Below, in pieces: positions 20,704 through 31,776 of a stretch of 64,000 nucleotides of DNA. The stretch is from an uncultured Parachlamydiaceae bacterium (lineage in GTDB: Bacteria > Chlamydiota > Chlamydiia > Chlamydiales > Parachlamydiaceae): NCBI GenBank assembly GCA_963752155.1, contig CAVVXH010000010.1, forward strand, positions 224,001 to 288,000. Reading direction: 5' to 3'. The notes beneath the pieces are model-generated. The model did not search any database. It was not told the origin of the DNA and saw only the letters and a list, made by a program, of their open reading frames with translations. Each line of letters starts with the position of its first letter. Position 1 is the first letter of the stretch. The position numbers and the translations under genes are program-made.

Positions 20704-22799
20704 ATGAATAAAAAATTTTTAATTACCCGTGAAATTAGTTGGCTTAGCTTCAATGCTCGTATTTTGCAAGAAGCTAACGATCCCACTTTACCTTTAAAAG
20801 AGCGCATTCGTTTTTTAGGCATTTACTCGAACAATCAGGACGAGTTTTTTAGAGTACGGGTGTCAGTCTTAAAAAAGCTGATTAAGTTCAACGATAAAAA
20901 AAGCAACAATTATCTTGGAAAGAATCCGCAAAAGATTCTTGAAAACATACATAGTGTAATTTTACGGCAGCAAGAAGATTTCAATCGCATTTGGAAAAAA
21001 CTCATTGTCGATTTGAAAAAAGAAAATGTCTTTTTAGTTGATGATAAGCACCTCAATGTCAAACAAAAAGTTTTTGTAAGAAATTTTTTTGAGCAAGAAA
21101 TTAGCTCATCTATAATTCCATTATTTATTGAAAACATGCCGCAACTGCCTTCCTTTGGGGATGATAATATCTTTTTAGGAATCGTGATGCAGAAAAAAAG
21201 GGATCGCTCGATCAAAGATTTGCTATTATTGAAATCCCGACTAAAAATCATAGTCGTTTTGTGACTTTACCATCCGCTTCCGGTGTACAAAACATCATGT
21301 TATTAGAGGATATGATTCGTTTTAACTTGCCTAGTATATTTTCACATTTAGGGTACACGCATTTCGAAGCGCATATGTTCAAAGTCACTAAAGACGCCGA
21401 GATTGGATATTGACAATGATGTTTCTACAACTTTCATCCAAAAAATTGAAAGGGGAGTGAAAAATCGGCGCAAAGCCCCCGCCATCCGATTTCTTTATGA
21501 TAAAAGGATGAATGCAGAATTATTGGAATTATTAATCCGCAAACTTAATCTTACCCATAGGGATAGCATTATTCCTGGGGGATATATCCGCAATTTTCGT
21601 GATTTTATAGCCTTCCCAGCCATACTGCCTAACTCCCAACCTCGACCACGACCGTTTGAACATCCTGTTTTGGCAAAATCATTGCGCGTTTGCGACGTGA
21701 TTCATGCAACAGGATGTTTTGCTGCATTTTCCCTATCATTCTTTTAATTCGGTCATTGATTTATTGCGAGAAGCAGCGATGGATCCCGATGTAAAAAGCA
21801 TCAAGATCACGGCCTATCGTTTGGCCCCCCATTCAAAAATTTGCAATGCGTTGATAAATGCCGTGCGCAATGGCAAGCAAGTGCATGTAGTTTTGGAATT
21901 GCGTGCAAGCTTTGATGAGGAGGCGAATTTGGAATGGAAAACCAAACTTGAAGAAGAAGGCGTGAAAGTTTTTGTGGGCATTTCTAATATAAAAGTGCAT
22001 GCGAAAATTTGTGTGATTAAAAAACAAGTGGGTAATCGGATTGACTATGTATGGGTTTATCGGTACAGGAAACTTAAATGAAGAAACTGCCTTAAGCTAT
22101 ACGGACCATTTTTTACTGACAAGCAACCGCGAAATCATGGCTGATATTAATCGCATCTTTAAGGTTTTGGAAAATCCCGGAACAAATTGGAAGCGGCGCT
22201 TAGCTGCGTGTAAGACGTTATTAGTAAGTCCAATTAATATGCGCGAAACATTACTCATTATGATTAATCGCGAAATTAAATGCGCTAAAGCCGGTGAACA
22301 GGCAAAAATTATTATCAATCTAAATTCTTTAAGCGATCAAAAGTTAATAAAAAAACTCTATGAGGCTGCTGTAGCAGGGGTAGAGATTAAATTGATTGTA
22401 CGAGGTATTTTTTGCGTGAAGATTGATCAAAAGAAATTTTTGCAACCCATGACTGCGATCAGCATTGTCGATGAATATTTAGAGCATAGTCGAATTTGGT
22501 TGTTTCATAATGGCGGTAATGAAGAAATGTACATTTCTTCTGCTGATTGGATGATACGCAACTTGGATTATCGGATTGAGGTCGCCGTTCCGATCAGGGA
22601 TAAAGCCATAAAAAATGAATTGAAACATGTACTTAAAATCAAACTCAGCGATAATGTCAAAGCACGTTTGTTAGACAATAAGCTTTCGAATCAATACGTC
22701 CCGTCAGTGGGAAAGAAAGTTCATTCGCAACTAGCCATTTATGATTATTTAAAACGCAAAAAGAGGGGATGGCATAGTAATGAAAATAGCTGCTATTGA
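20704..22799 (+). CDS. ppk1: Polyphosphate kinase 1, split by frameshifts
   Basis: REISWLSFNARILQEA, LLHFPY, KVHAK, GTGN, EHSRI and SADWM..RN. Confidence 0.9.
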
Positions 22800-23668
22800 T
22801 ATTGGAAGTAATGCTGCTCGTTTATTGATTGTCGATGTAGTTGTCAACAAGCAGAATGTGGCCGAATTTAATAAGGTAGATATCATAAGACTCCCTTTAC
22901 GTTTGGGTTTTGATGTTTTTGAAAATGGCAGAATTAGCCCTCTCAAAATGGAGAAGATGGTGACAGCGATGCAAGTGTTTCAGAGCTTGATTGCTTTCTA
23001 TGATGTTAAGCATCTTAAAGGCTTGTGCGACGAGTGCTATGCGCGATGCGAAGAATAGCCATGAAATTGTAAATGAAGTGGAACATCAAACTGGAATTAA
23101 AATTGAGATCATTAGCGGAGATGAAGAAGCTGTCTTGGTGAACGAGAATCACATCGCTGAAAACATGGATAAAGAACATGGTTATCTTTATATCAATGTC
23201 GGTGGGGGGAGTACCGATGTAATATTTTATGAAGATGGTAAATTGCGATATAAAAAATCTTTTGATATCGGCACGATTCGCATACTCAAGAATTTAGTCA
23301 CAGAAGCACATTGGAATAATTTCAAAGTGGAACTTAAAGCTAATGTTAAAAGTAATTTGCCATTGGTGGCAATTGGTTCAGGTGGCAATATTAATAAAAT
23401 ATTTTCACTAAGCAAAAAGAAAGAGGGTAAGCCTCTATCATTGGATCTTCTTAAAAAGTATTATGCCGATTTCAATAGTATTTCAGTGGAAGAGCGAATA
23501 CATCGATATAAACTCCGTGAAGATCGGGCTGACGTGATTGTGCCCGCATTGCAAATCTATATTAATTTCATGGAATGGACGAATATCAAAGAAATTTACA
23601 TCCCTAAAATTGGTTTGGTGAATGGTTTGGCCTATGCCCTATACAAAGAAATCGTTAATAAACTGTAG
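22780..23668 (+). CDS. ppx: Exopolyphosphatase Ppx/GppA (one frameshift)
   Basis: IDIGSN, ATSAMRDA, VGGGST and DRADVIVPA. Confidence 0.88.
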
Positions 23669-24535
23669 TCAAGTCAGCTCTTTGCGGATAGTCTTTAATT
23701 CCTGCCTGCGTGTCGCATCGATCGAAGGATAGGCTAGCTTGAGTCCATTAAACGTATCAACAATGGTCTGAGAGATAATCAAACGGGCATTCTCCTTATC
23801 ATCGGCAGGTACGACATACCAAGGTGCGTGATGAGTACTTGTCGCATTCAAGCAATCCTCATAAGCCTTCTTGTAGTCCGGCCAATATGTCCTTTCATGC
23901 ATATCTGAAAGGCTGAATTTCCAGTTTTTAGCGGGGTCGTCAATGCGCTCAAGGAGTCGTTTTCGTTGTTCTTCCTGGGAAAGGTGGAGAAAGAACTTGA
24001 TGATTCGGGTGCCGTTATTGTAGAGATGCTTTTCCGAGTCCACAATGGATTGATACCGCTTATCCCAAATATCCTTATCCTCGCGCAATTCTTTCGGAAG
24101 TCCTTGCTGTAAGAGAATTTCCGGATGCACACGAACAACGAGCACTTCTTCATAGTAGGAGCGATTGAAAATGCCGATCTGTCCACGTTCCGGTAGTCGG
24201 CAGGTCGTGCGCCAAAGAAAATCGTGCTGGAGATCTTCTGCGCAAGGCTGCTTGAAACTGAAAACCTTACACCCTTGCGGATTGATTCCGGACAAGACGT
24301 GTCGAATGGCACCGTCTTTGCCTGCGGCATCCATTCCCTGAAATATAAGCAGCAAGGCATAGCAGCCGGAAGCGTAGTGCAGTTTTTGCAACGAATTCAA
24401 TTCCGCAATATGTTCTTGCAGAATTTTTTGATATTGTTTTTTTGATTTGTAAAAGGGCTTCACAATCGTCGGCCACTCATCGAGTTTAACTTTTTCTCCG
24501 GGCATTACACGGAAATCTTTTGCTTTGATTTTCAT
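23669..24535 (-). CDS. ppk2: Polyphosphate kinase 2 family phosphotransferase
   Basis: [20 protein letters not shown] and [10 protein letters not shown]. Confidence 0.92.
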   Translation of the reverse strand: MKIKAKDFRVMPGEKVKLDEWPTIVKPFYKSKKQYQKILQEHIAELNSLQKLHYASGCYALLLIFQGMDAAGKDGAIRHVLSGINPQGCKVFSFKQPCAEDLQHDFLWRTTCRLPERGQIGIFNRSYYEEVLVVRVHPEILLQQGLPKELREDKDIWDKRYQSIVDSEKHLYNNGTRIIKFFLHLSQEEQRKRLLERIDDPAKNWKFSLSDMHERTYWPDYKKAYEDCLNATSTHHAPWYVVPADDKENARLIISQTIVDTFNGLKLAYPSIDATRRQELKTIRKELT

Positions 24536-25332
24536 CTTGATCCTTTTGCTAGTGTTTTCAGGTATTGTTTCCAGGCTGTCAAAAATAATTTGCGGGTTCT
24601 TATTTTTTTTAATCCATATTTTTTTTTGATCTGTAAAAATTCATCTTCAGAAAACTTACTTCTATAACGCATTAACATTGAGATTCCTGTAATGATATCT
24701 TGATGATCCCCAAGTAGATCCTGAATTTCTTTGGTTTTCTGAATAAATGTCCCCAAAGGACAAATAAATTTGCTGAATATAGGTTCGAAAAATTCACAGA
24801 CATACCGCAACTTTTTTATGGCGATACGAAGTTTGTGAAGGGTTGTATCATCGACTTGTGAATCAATGGCAGTGCCTAGCTCTAAAACTTTATAGAGTTC
24901 CTTTCGAATTCGATTTCGCGATACCTTGAGAATATTCTTTTTGGTCCTGACAGTTTTTAACTGTACAAGCGTTTCAGTCAGACTTGCATAATATTTTGAT
25001 CTGAGCATCGTAAGAATGTGTTTCTGCAATTGGTTTCTGCGACGTGCCAATTTGAGAAAAGAAATGGATTTGCTGTTAACCGTATCAAAAATGAATTTTG
25101 AGAAAATATCGAGATCTCGTTTTTTCCCAAGCATACGCCCTAACTTTTGAAGTTTGGTCCGAATTTTTTGGGCTTGGCTGGGAAGTATCTTTTGGAAAGT
25201 CTTAATTGCAGCTCGCAGCCTTCGCGTCGCCACACGCATATCATGGAGTGCTTCCGGATTAAGGCTTATCCTGACACCAGCTTCATTTTCCACTAACTTT
25301 TCAAAATTTGCTTTCAGGATTTGATTGGCCAT
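24532..25332 (-). CDS. CHAD-domain protein
   Basis: [25 protein letters not shown] and QDLLGDHQD. Confidence 0.9.
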   Translation of the reverse strand: MANQILKANFEKLVENEAGVRISLNPEALHDMRVATRRLRAAIKTFQKILPSQAQKIRTKLQKLGRMLGKKRDLDIFSKFIFDTVNSKSISFLKLARRRNQLQKHILTMLRSKYYASLTETLVQLKTVRTKKNILKVSRNRIRKELYKVLELGTAIDSQVDDTTLHKLRIAIKKLRYVCEFFEPIFSKFICPLGTFIQKTKEIQDLLGDHQDIITGISMLMRYRSKFSEDEFLQIKKKYGLKKIRTRKLFLTAWKQYLKTLAKGSR

Positions 25333-25536
25333 GTCATTATATTGGCCTTCAGTTTGTATTTTCTTAATTTTAGACTCATTGTTGTTTTAGGATTATATGA
25401 TTCCAATTATCAAAAATCTATTTAAAAAGCAAATCCATCCGGAGCTTTCTATAGATCTTTTCACTAAAGAATATCTTTCATTTACTCGGAATCCCCAATG
25501 GTATATAAAAAAAATTTATAACAAAGGGGAGGGGTT

Positions 25537-27561
25537 ATGCGAAATCACACAAAGAATGAAGGAAGAAGGTTCTTTGCTTTCAATCACATCTTCTTCGCCA
25601 TGTTATTAATTTTGCTAGTGTGCACGAACGCCTTGGTAATTGGCTCTGAACTATCAGGCAAGGTTGAAATTGCCGGAAGCCCCATTGCAGGGGCAACGGT
25701 GACGATATACGCTGCCGGCTCCGAGGCTCCTAAGCAATTAGCACAAGGCAATACAGACGGAACAGGTGTCTTCAATATCAATTTCGCCGAAATGCAGTCA
25801 AATAATATAGTTTACTTAATTTCTAGAGGCGGAACATTGAAAGCCTCTACAGATAAACCTCTAAGCGATGGTGTTGTCCTACTGATGCTGTTAGGGCAAA
25901 ACTATCCCAAGAAAGTCACAATTAATGAACTTTCCACCGTCGCCTCAGCTTTCACTGCCGCGCAGTTTACCAATGGGGAAGCGATCTCCGGAAATCTCGT
26001 CGGACTGCGGATCGCCGCTGGAAACGTTCCAAATTTTGTAGATCTTGAGTCTGGTGGATGGGGCAAGGTGATTCTTGATCCTATTAATAGTACCCAAACA
26101 ACGACACTTGTGAACTTTAACACGTTGGGTTCTCTCATTTCGGCCTTTGCCACTAACCCAAATGACGATTGGCGCACCCGCTTCTTTAATGCCACAACAC
26201 CGCCATCCGGAATAATACCTAAAAACACTCTTGAAGTGATGTCCAGCATAGCCCGCGCACCATGGATAAACGCTGTAGCACTCTATGCACTTTTCGACGA
26301 AGCTTACCCTCAGCCCAAAGACGGGTCTCGGCGCACAGCTCCATTTGTACCTTATCTTGCTTGGACTCCACCTGACTTTGCCCTTAGCCTGTGTTTCGCT
26401 GGAGGCGGAATGTATGCCAATGGCCGATTCATGTTTGACGCAGACGGTAATCTATGGAGTGGACAAAATTGGATGCCCGGCTCGCAGTCCGGTGTCATCC
26501 ACAACATTGGCGGCGGTGTGATCAAGTTTGCCCCCAACGGAATACCTCTTTCCCCACCCATCACAGGCTTCACAGGAATGGGATTAGATGGAGTAGGTTG
26601 GGGAACCGCCGTGACGGACGACAATATTTGGGCCTCTAGCTTCAACGGGAAAATTCTGGTAATGGATTTCGACGGACATCCGGTTGGCAAAGAGAGCGAT
26701 TTTCCATTTAAGGAGAAATTAGTCGGTCTGATGGGCATCGGTGTTGCGGCCAATGGTGACGTCTGGATAGCCGATGGATCCGGTGATCAGTTGCTTCATT
26801 TCCCGGGCGGTCGGATTAGGGATGGACAAATTGTAAAAGTCGCGGGATTAAAGTCTCCATTTGACATAGTGATTGATGCTCAGAATCGGATCTGGGTCAG
26901 TAACTCACAATCGGACACTGTTATTAGGTTTCCAGCCGACGATTCTTCCAAAGTGGAATCCTTTCGAGCTGGGATTAGCGTACGGGCGCTTGCCTTAGAC
27001 TCGAAGGGAAACATCTGGGTGGCAAGTAATGCTTCGCTTGACTTTCCGCGGCCGAAGATCCCCGATGGTGCTTCGATTATGGAGCAGTTCCGCATCCTTG
27101 GTGGTGCAATGTTGAGTTATCCAAAGCCTACGGGCGTAATCAATATGATTCGTCCAGATGGTACTCAACCTGATCCTAAGGGTTATAACGGGTCTGGGCT
27201 AATAGATGTACCGTGGGGTTTGAATATCGATGGTAATGATGATGTTTGGATCGGCAACTTTCGTGGTCGTGGAGTTGTTTTAATGGCTGGAGCCGAGCCG
27301 AAAGGTCATCCTGCAAATACTAAGAGCGGTGATATCATCCACGTTTTCCAGAGTGGCAGCATTCAGATGCTCACGGATGTATCGATCGATCCGGCAGGTA
27401 ACGTTTGGGCAGCAAACAACTGGAATCTCCCTGAAGCTGCTGTCGGGGATCCTCCTCATTATCCCACCTCAACTTGGGGTGGAGGGTCTGGTTTGACAAT
27501 TATTTATGGAGTAGCAGCACCGGTAAAGTCGCCACGCATGGGTCCAGTACGGAAACTCTAG
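25537..27561 (+). CDS. Secreted NHL-repeat/beta-propeller-like protein
   Basis: Signal-like N-terminus; repeated D..GNVW.AN blade motifs. Confidence 0.75.
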   Translation: MRNHTKNEGRRFFAFNHIFFAMLLILLVCTNALVIGSELSGKVEIAGSPIAGATVTIYAAGSEAPKQLAQGNTDGTGVFNINFAEMQSNNIVYLISRGGTLKASTDKPLSDGVVLLMLLGQNYPKKVTINELSTVASAFTAAQFTNGEAISGNLVGLRIAAGNVPNFVDLESGGWGKVILDPINSTQTTTLVNFNTLGSLISAFATNPNDDWRTRFFNATTPPSGIIPKNTLEVMSSIARAPWINAVALYALFDEAYPQPKDGSRRTAPFVPYLAWTPPDFALSLCFAGGGMYANGRFMFDADGNLWSGQNWMPGSQSGVIHNIGGGVIKFAPNGIPLSPPITGFTGMGLDGVGWGTAVTDDNIWASSFNGKILVMDFDGHPVGKESDFPFKEKLVGLMGIGVAANGDVWIADGSGDQLLHFPGGRIRDGQIVKVAGLKSPFDIVIDAQNRIWVSNSQSDTVIRFPADDSSKVESFRAGISVRALALDSKGNIWVASNASLDFPRPKIPDGASIMEQFRILGGAMLSYPKPTGVINMIRPDGTQPDPKGYNGSGLIDVPWGLNIDGNDDVWIGNFRGRGVVLMAGAEPKGHPANTKSGDIIHVFQSGSIQMLTDVSIDPAGNVWAANNWNLPEAAVGDPPHYPTSTWGGGSGLTIIYGVAAPVKSPRMGPVRKL

Positions 27562-27593
27562 CCTCTAAACACTGTGTGAAATTGTAGCAACCA

Positions 27594-27682
27594 AAAAATT
27601 GCGCAAATTGTAGCTCATCATTCCGATGTTGAGTGCAGCCACGCAGCCTCCAAGTAGTCTAAACCACTGCGTAGAGTCTTAA
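27594..27682 (+). repeat. Repeat family R copy
   Basis: Near-identical to 13036-13126. Confidence 0.85.
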
Positions 27683-27710
27683 CTGAAACAATCTACCCTG
27701 GAACTCCCTA

Positions 27711-27769
27711 ATATCAGGTCAGGCACCAATGGCAAGGCTACTTTCAAGATTTGAGCCTCTTGGTTCTAA
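27711..27769. repeat. Family E half-copy
   Basis: Near-identical to 14701-14759. Confidence 0.85.
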
Positions 27770-28887
27770 GTTTCAAAAAAAGATTGAGGTAAAAATTTGC
27801 AATTCAGCTCAATTTTATTTGCCAAGCTCGGTATTAAACTCTGAAGGTCTTCTTTTATGATAAAGTCTTCATCACCTAAATAGGAAGGATTTCCTAAATC
27901 AATAGCAATAATTTTTCCTTTGGGGTTGTTACGTTTATACCATCCTAAAAAACCTCTGTCATCATAGCTTAATCCTATACAGATGATATAGTCTATTTGG
28001 CTTAATTGAGAGCCTCCTACTTCTTCTCTTAATTGTTCTGCATTAATTCGATAAGGTATAATTCCGCTATATTCGTGAAGACAATCTAAATTTTCAGTTA
28101 CAATTTTTGTATTTTTAAATAGTGCTAATTTTTTGAGTGCTTTATGTGCTTCTGTAGGTTGACTAAAAAAACAGGCATTATGGAATTGACTTATTTTTTC
28201 TACAAATCTGGAGGGTTGTTTTAAGGTATTTTTTAGCGAATCGATAAATTCTGCTCTTTCTTTTAACCCCAATAGATCATTTAATTGATTCATCGAAGGT
28301 ACTTCAGAAGCTACTGAAAGTCCAGCTCCGGTATAAAAAATAATGTTGCTATTGCAAATAATTGAAGCAATATCATCCGGTGTTAGTGGCTGGGGGCAAG
28401 AATTTTTAAATATTCGTCTTTCATCTACTAGATAAGTGGAATTGTCTGAACCTCTAGCTTTTTCTTGTTTGCGAGGTTGATTAATGATGTGTTGTCCGTC
28501 ATTTTTAACATTGTGAGATTCGTAAGAAAAAATGTAATATTTTTTTTCGTTACCTTCAGAGTTTTCAGTTTCTGGAACAAAAAGTGCTTGAGTTTGTTTG
28601 TCATAGGTATCCGGAACTTTTTCAAATAAAATTTCAAAATAAACTTCGTCTTTTTTAGTGATAAAATGGAAAAAATCATTTTCTCCAAATTGCCAACACA
28701 TATCTAGGGATTTAGAGTCGAGCTCATCTAGGATTTCGTTATAAGCAATAATTTTCGGATTTGAGAAGAAATTGATTTTGGATTCGTTGGATGTGCAGAT
28801 ATTAATTGAAAGAATCGTTAGAAGAAGGGGCATCATAAAGCATTTTTTCATAGTTTGTATTCCTAAAGTAAAGATAATGACGGGCAA
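27766..28887 (-). CDS. Sir2/sirtuin-like domain protein with N-terminal extension
   Basis: IIFYTGAGLSVASEVP, PTEAH, TENLDCLH and ICIGLS. Confidence 0.7.
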   Translation of the reverse strand: MPVIIFTLGIQTMKKCFMMPLLLTILSINICTSNESKINFFSNPKIIAYNEILDELDSKSLDMCWQFGENDFFHFITKKDEVYFEILFEKVPDTYDKQTQALFVPETENSEGNEKKYYIFSYESHNVKNDGQHIINQPRKQEKARGSDNSTYLVDERRIFKNSCPQPLTPDDIASIICNSNIIFYTGAGLSVASEVPSMNQLNDLLGLKERAEFIDSLKNTLKQPSRFVEKISQFHNACFFSQPTEAHKALKKLALFKNTKIVTENLDCLHEYSGIIPYRINAEQLREEVGGSQLSQIDYIICIGLSYDDRGFLGWYKRNNPKGKIIAIDLGNPSYLGDEDFIIKEDLQSLIPSLANKIELNCKFLPQSFFET

Positions 28888-28959
28888 AAGTCAAAAGATA
28901 AATAATAGCAGACTTGGCAAGGATTGTCAAACCGATCAGGATTTCGCGAAAGATTTGGA

Positions 28960-29332
28960 TATTTAGGGTATAAAGTATAGGAAAAATTAAACACAAAGAG
29001 ATCTTACATGTAAAGTATCGTAACAGCTAAGAAATTTGCGCAAACTGTAGCTCATCATTCCGATGTTGAGTGTAGCCACGAACCCTCTAAATAGTCTAAA
29101 CCACTGCGTGAAGTCGTAACAGTTAAGAAATTTGCGCAGTCTTTTGGTTATTACGATTTCACGCAGTGGTTTAGACCACATGGAGGCTACGTGGCTACAC
29201 TCAACATCGGAGTGATGAGCTACAATTTGCGCAATTTCTTAGCTGTTACGATACTTTACATGTGATCTCTTTGTGCTCTTTGTGCCTTCGTGCCTTTGTG
29301 TTTAATCTTTCCTATACTTTATACCCTAATAT
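28960..29332. repeat. ~370-bp composite palindrome: outer element with CACAAAG units enclosing two inverted family R copies
   Basis: TTAGGGTATAAAGTATAGGAAA...TTTCCTATACTTTATACCCTAA ends; arms complementary over about 160 bp. Confidence 0.9.
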
Positions 29333-29535
29333 AGCAGCATCTTTCTCACCTACTAATTTAGAAAAATAATTCATTAAAAATGAAATTAAATCTAAATCAG
29401 ACACGAATAACTTTAGTAATTTGAAGATTATGGAATTCTTGAGCTTCCAAAACATTTAGCCGCCGCTCTCTAAACCCCGCTAAAAATTAAAGACTGGCTG
29501 GCTGCGGACAGCCCTCGCTCAGCCATTCTTTATTT

Positions 29536-31428
29536 TTAAGCAGGGATTGCTGAAAACTTTTGTAATTCCATAAGATTTGTTAAAAAAGTGCCCTTGCTTG
29601 CTTCACCAAGTAAGTTAACACCGGTCAATTCCTCCAGGAGATCTTTTTTGAAGATAAACCCTTCAGCAATTTGTTGAAGATCTACCGATTTGGGATCTTT
29701 TTCAATAGCTGTTTTGATTTCATCAATGAGCTCCTTAAGATGCAAGGGAGCGATCGGGTAATTTTCACGTAAATCAAAACGATATTTTAACTGCTTACCA
29801 GCAATATTCACATGTACACAACCAACAGTTTTGGATTGTCGTTTTTTCAATTTACCCAAAAGAGAACTCGATAGACTGTCGAATTTAATCACAACCTTAT
29901 TGGGCGCAGGAAGATCTTCTTTCTTTAATTCATCTATTTTGCCAAAACAAAGTTGGCTGATTTTATTCGATAGAATTACTAATAGAGGAGGGGCATCATT
30001 TACAGTAGTTGCTGTGAAACTTCCGGCGATAAGTGCTAGTGTAGTTCCGATAGCAAGGGGATAAAAACTAAAGCCAAAAGCACCAAGCATTGTAGCAGAT
30101 GTGGCAACAGCTGCAGCCATTCCTAGAAAGGCAGCGGCATAACTCATGTGACGGTTCCAAACTTGTTTAGCCTTTTCGATTTCATTTTGCGCGCCGTTCA
30201 ACTTGTCGATATTATCTTTTAAATTGGTTTCGATTTTCTTTACAGTATTTTTAATCTCTTTTGCTTGAACTTTTGCCTTTTTTGCAGATGCTACGATACG
30301 GTCAGCTTCTTGCACAATCACCTTTTTGATTTCTTGTTGCATGACTCCAGCGGTCTTAAAATAGGTATCGACAGCCGATACACAAGAATTGACTGCAAAT
30401 AACATCTTTTGCCCATCGTCTGATTCAGCTCGCGCTTTATCTAAAAGTTTTTGGGCCTCATTGTTAAGGGCTACGGCCTGTTCGGCAAGTGAACATAAGT
30501 ATGCAAGTAAGTCCTTTGCTTGTTCTACAGACTTGATGGGGCTAATAAGTACCTTTTTTAATATATTCATTCTCATGGTTGCCTCATTGAGGCATTCGAT
30601 GGCTAATGTAGTTTGCTCTTTGCTTAATTCGAATTTCGTCCGAGCTATATTTATTTTTTCTGAACCTTCTTGAAATTTCTCCCGAGCTTCAGTGAAAAAC
30701 AGTTGTAAAGCTTCTGATCCCTTTTCCATTTCAGTTTTGATTTTATCAGCATAGCCATGGATCTCTTTATGCACAATTTCGAGTTTCTCAAGGTTTTTAT
30801 CGATTCCGGCAATTTCTGCTAAATTGACTTGTTCAGCCATTTTGACCATCGAGATCAGCGCATCTGCATTTCCCAACATTGTTTTTGCTTCTAGAGGGGC
30901 TGTATACACATTTTTGGTGACTCCGGCTATAGTAAGGAATCCTGCAACAAATTGTATTCCGGCTACTGTGGTACCGAAAGGTGTCGTTGCAACACATGCC
31001 GCGGCAATAGCATTCAAGAGGGTGTAACCACCGCTAGTCAATGTTGCCACGTCAATTGTAGCTTGCCCAATTTTATTGTTAATCTCTTTAAGGACTTCAT
31101 GTATGTTTTCTAACTGAGAAGTAATCGAGTTAGGAACCGCAACCTCAGAATCAGAATAGGAAGAGCTTAGCAGAATAAATGAGCTCTCATTTAAGCCGGT
31201 GGTCGGTAATTCAGATTTAGGTTGATTCTCATTGATACTGGAATTAGATTTTGAGAGAACGGTAAAGCTACCAAATAATTGTGAAGAAGCTAAATCGCTA
31301 TTTTCCAGTCGAATTTTCTCAATTTTTGAATTAGTGCTATCAAATTGTTTATTCATTTGATCAATTACAGTATGACCTTCTTTAAGTAAAGGATCAGCTG
31401 CTAATGGACTATTTAAATATATATTCAT
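29536..31428 (-). CDS. Coiled-coil protein with two hydrophobic hairpins (Inc/effector-like)
   Basis: 630 aa ORF, Ser-rich N-terminus, long heptad region. Confidence 0.7.
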   Translation of the reverse strand: MNIYLNSPLAADPLLKEGHTVIDQMNKQFDSTNSKIEKIRLENSDLASSQLFGSFTVLSKSNSSINENQPKSELPTTGLNESSFILLSSSYSDSEVAVPNSITSQLENIHEVLKEINNKIGQATIDVATLTSGGYTLLNAIAAACVATTPFGTTVAGIQFVAGFLTIAGVTKNVYTAPLEAKTMLGNADALISMVKMAEQVNLAEIAGIDKNLEKLEIVHKEIHGYADKIKTEMEKGSEALQLFFTEAREKFQEGSEKINIARTKFELSKEQTTLAIECLNEATMRMNILKKVLISPIKSVEQAKDLLAYLCSLAEQAVALNNEAQKLLDKARAESDDGQKMLFAVNSCVSAVDTYFKTAGVMQQEIKKVIVQEADRIVASAKKAKVQAKEIKNTVKKIETNLKDNIDKLNGAQNEIEKAKQVWNRHMSYAAAFLGMAAAVATSATMLGAFGFSFYPLAIGTTLALIAGSFTATTVNDAPPLLVILSNKISQLCFGKIDELKKEDLPAPNKVVIKFDSLSSSLLGKLKKRQSKTVGCVHVNIAGKQLKYRFDLRENYPIAPLHLKELIDEIKTAIEKDPKSVDLQQIAEGFIFKKDLLEELTGVNLLGEASKGTFLTNLMELQKFSAIPA

Positions 31429-31561
31429 TTTTTTTAAGACTTTGGTTTAGGCATTATTATTTTTTTGTAAAATTATCGGTTTGTGAATTTGGCTTAGGTA
31501 GTTTAAATACAAAGCTTAATACTATCATGGTTTTGCATTTGAATGCAAGACCGTAATTAAA

Positions 31562-31695
31562 AATTCAGCAATTCCCGCTAATTTTCGTGCCCGTGCCCAT
31601 GTGCGTGTCCGAAAATTAGTAAAATCTACGAAATTTTCGGGCACGGGCACGCACACGCGCACACGGGCACGAAAGTTTAGCGGGAATGCTGAATT
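31562..31695. repeat. Palindromic element with GTGCCC/GGGCAC arms
   Basis: AATTCAGCAATTCCCGCTAA-TTTTCGTGCCCGTG...CACGGGCACGAAAGT-TTAGCGGGAATGCTGAATT. Confidence 0.9.
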
Positions 31696-31776
31696 AAATT
31701 TTGTGAATAGTTTTGACGCTGAAAAGTATAAGGTTAATTCTTTTTGGAGCGCTGTGGCAGGGCCACAGCTTGTTTA

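Noticed and set aside
23848..27095. Numerous overlapping shadow ORFs
   Set aside because: Alternative frames of ppk2 and the beta-propeller gene in more GC-rich DNA
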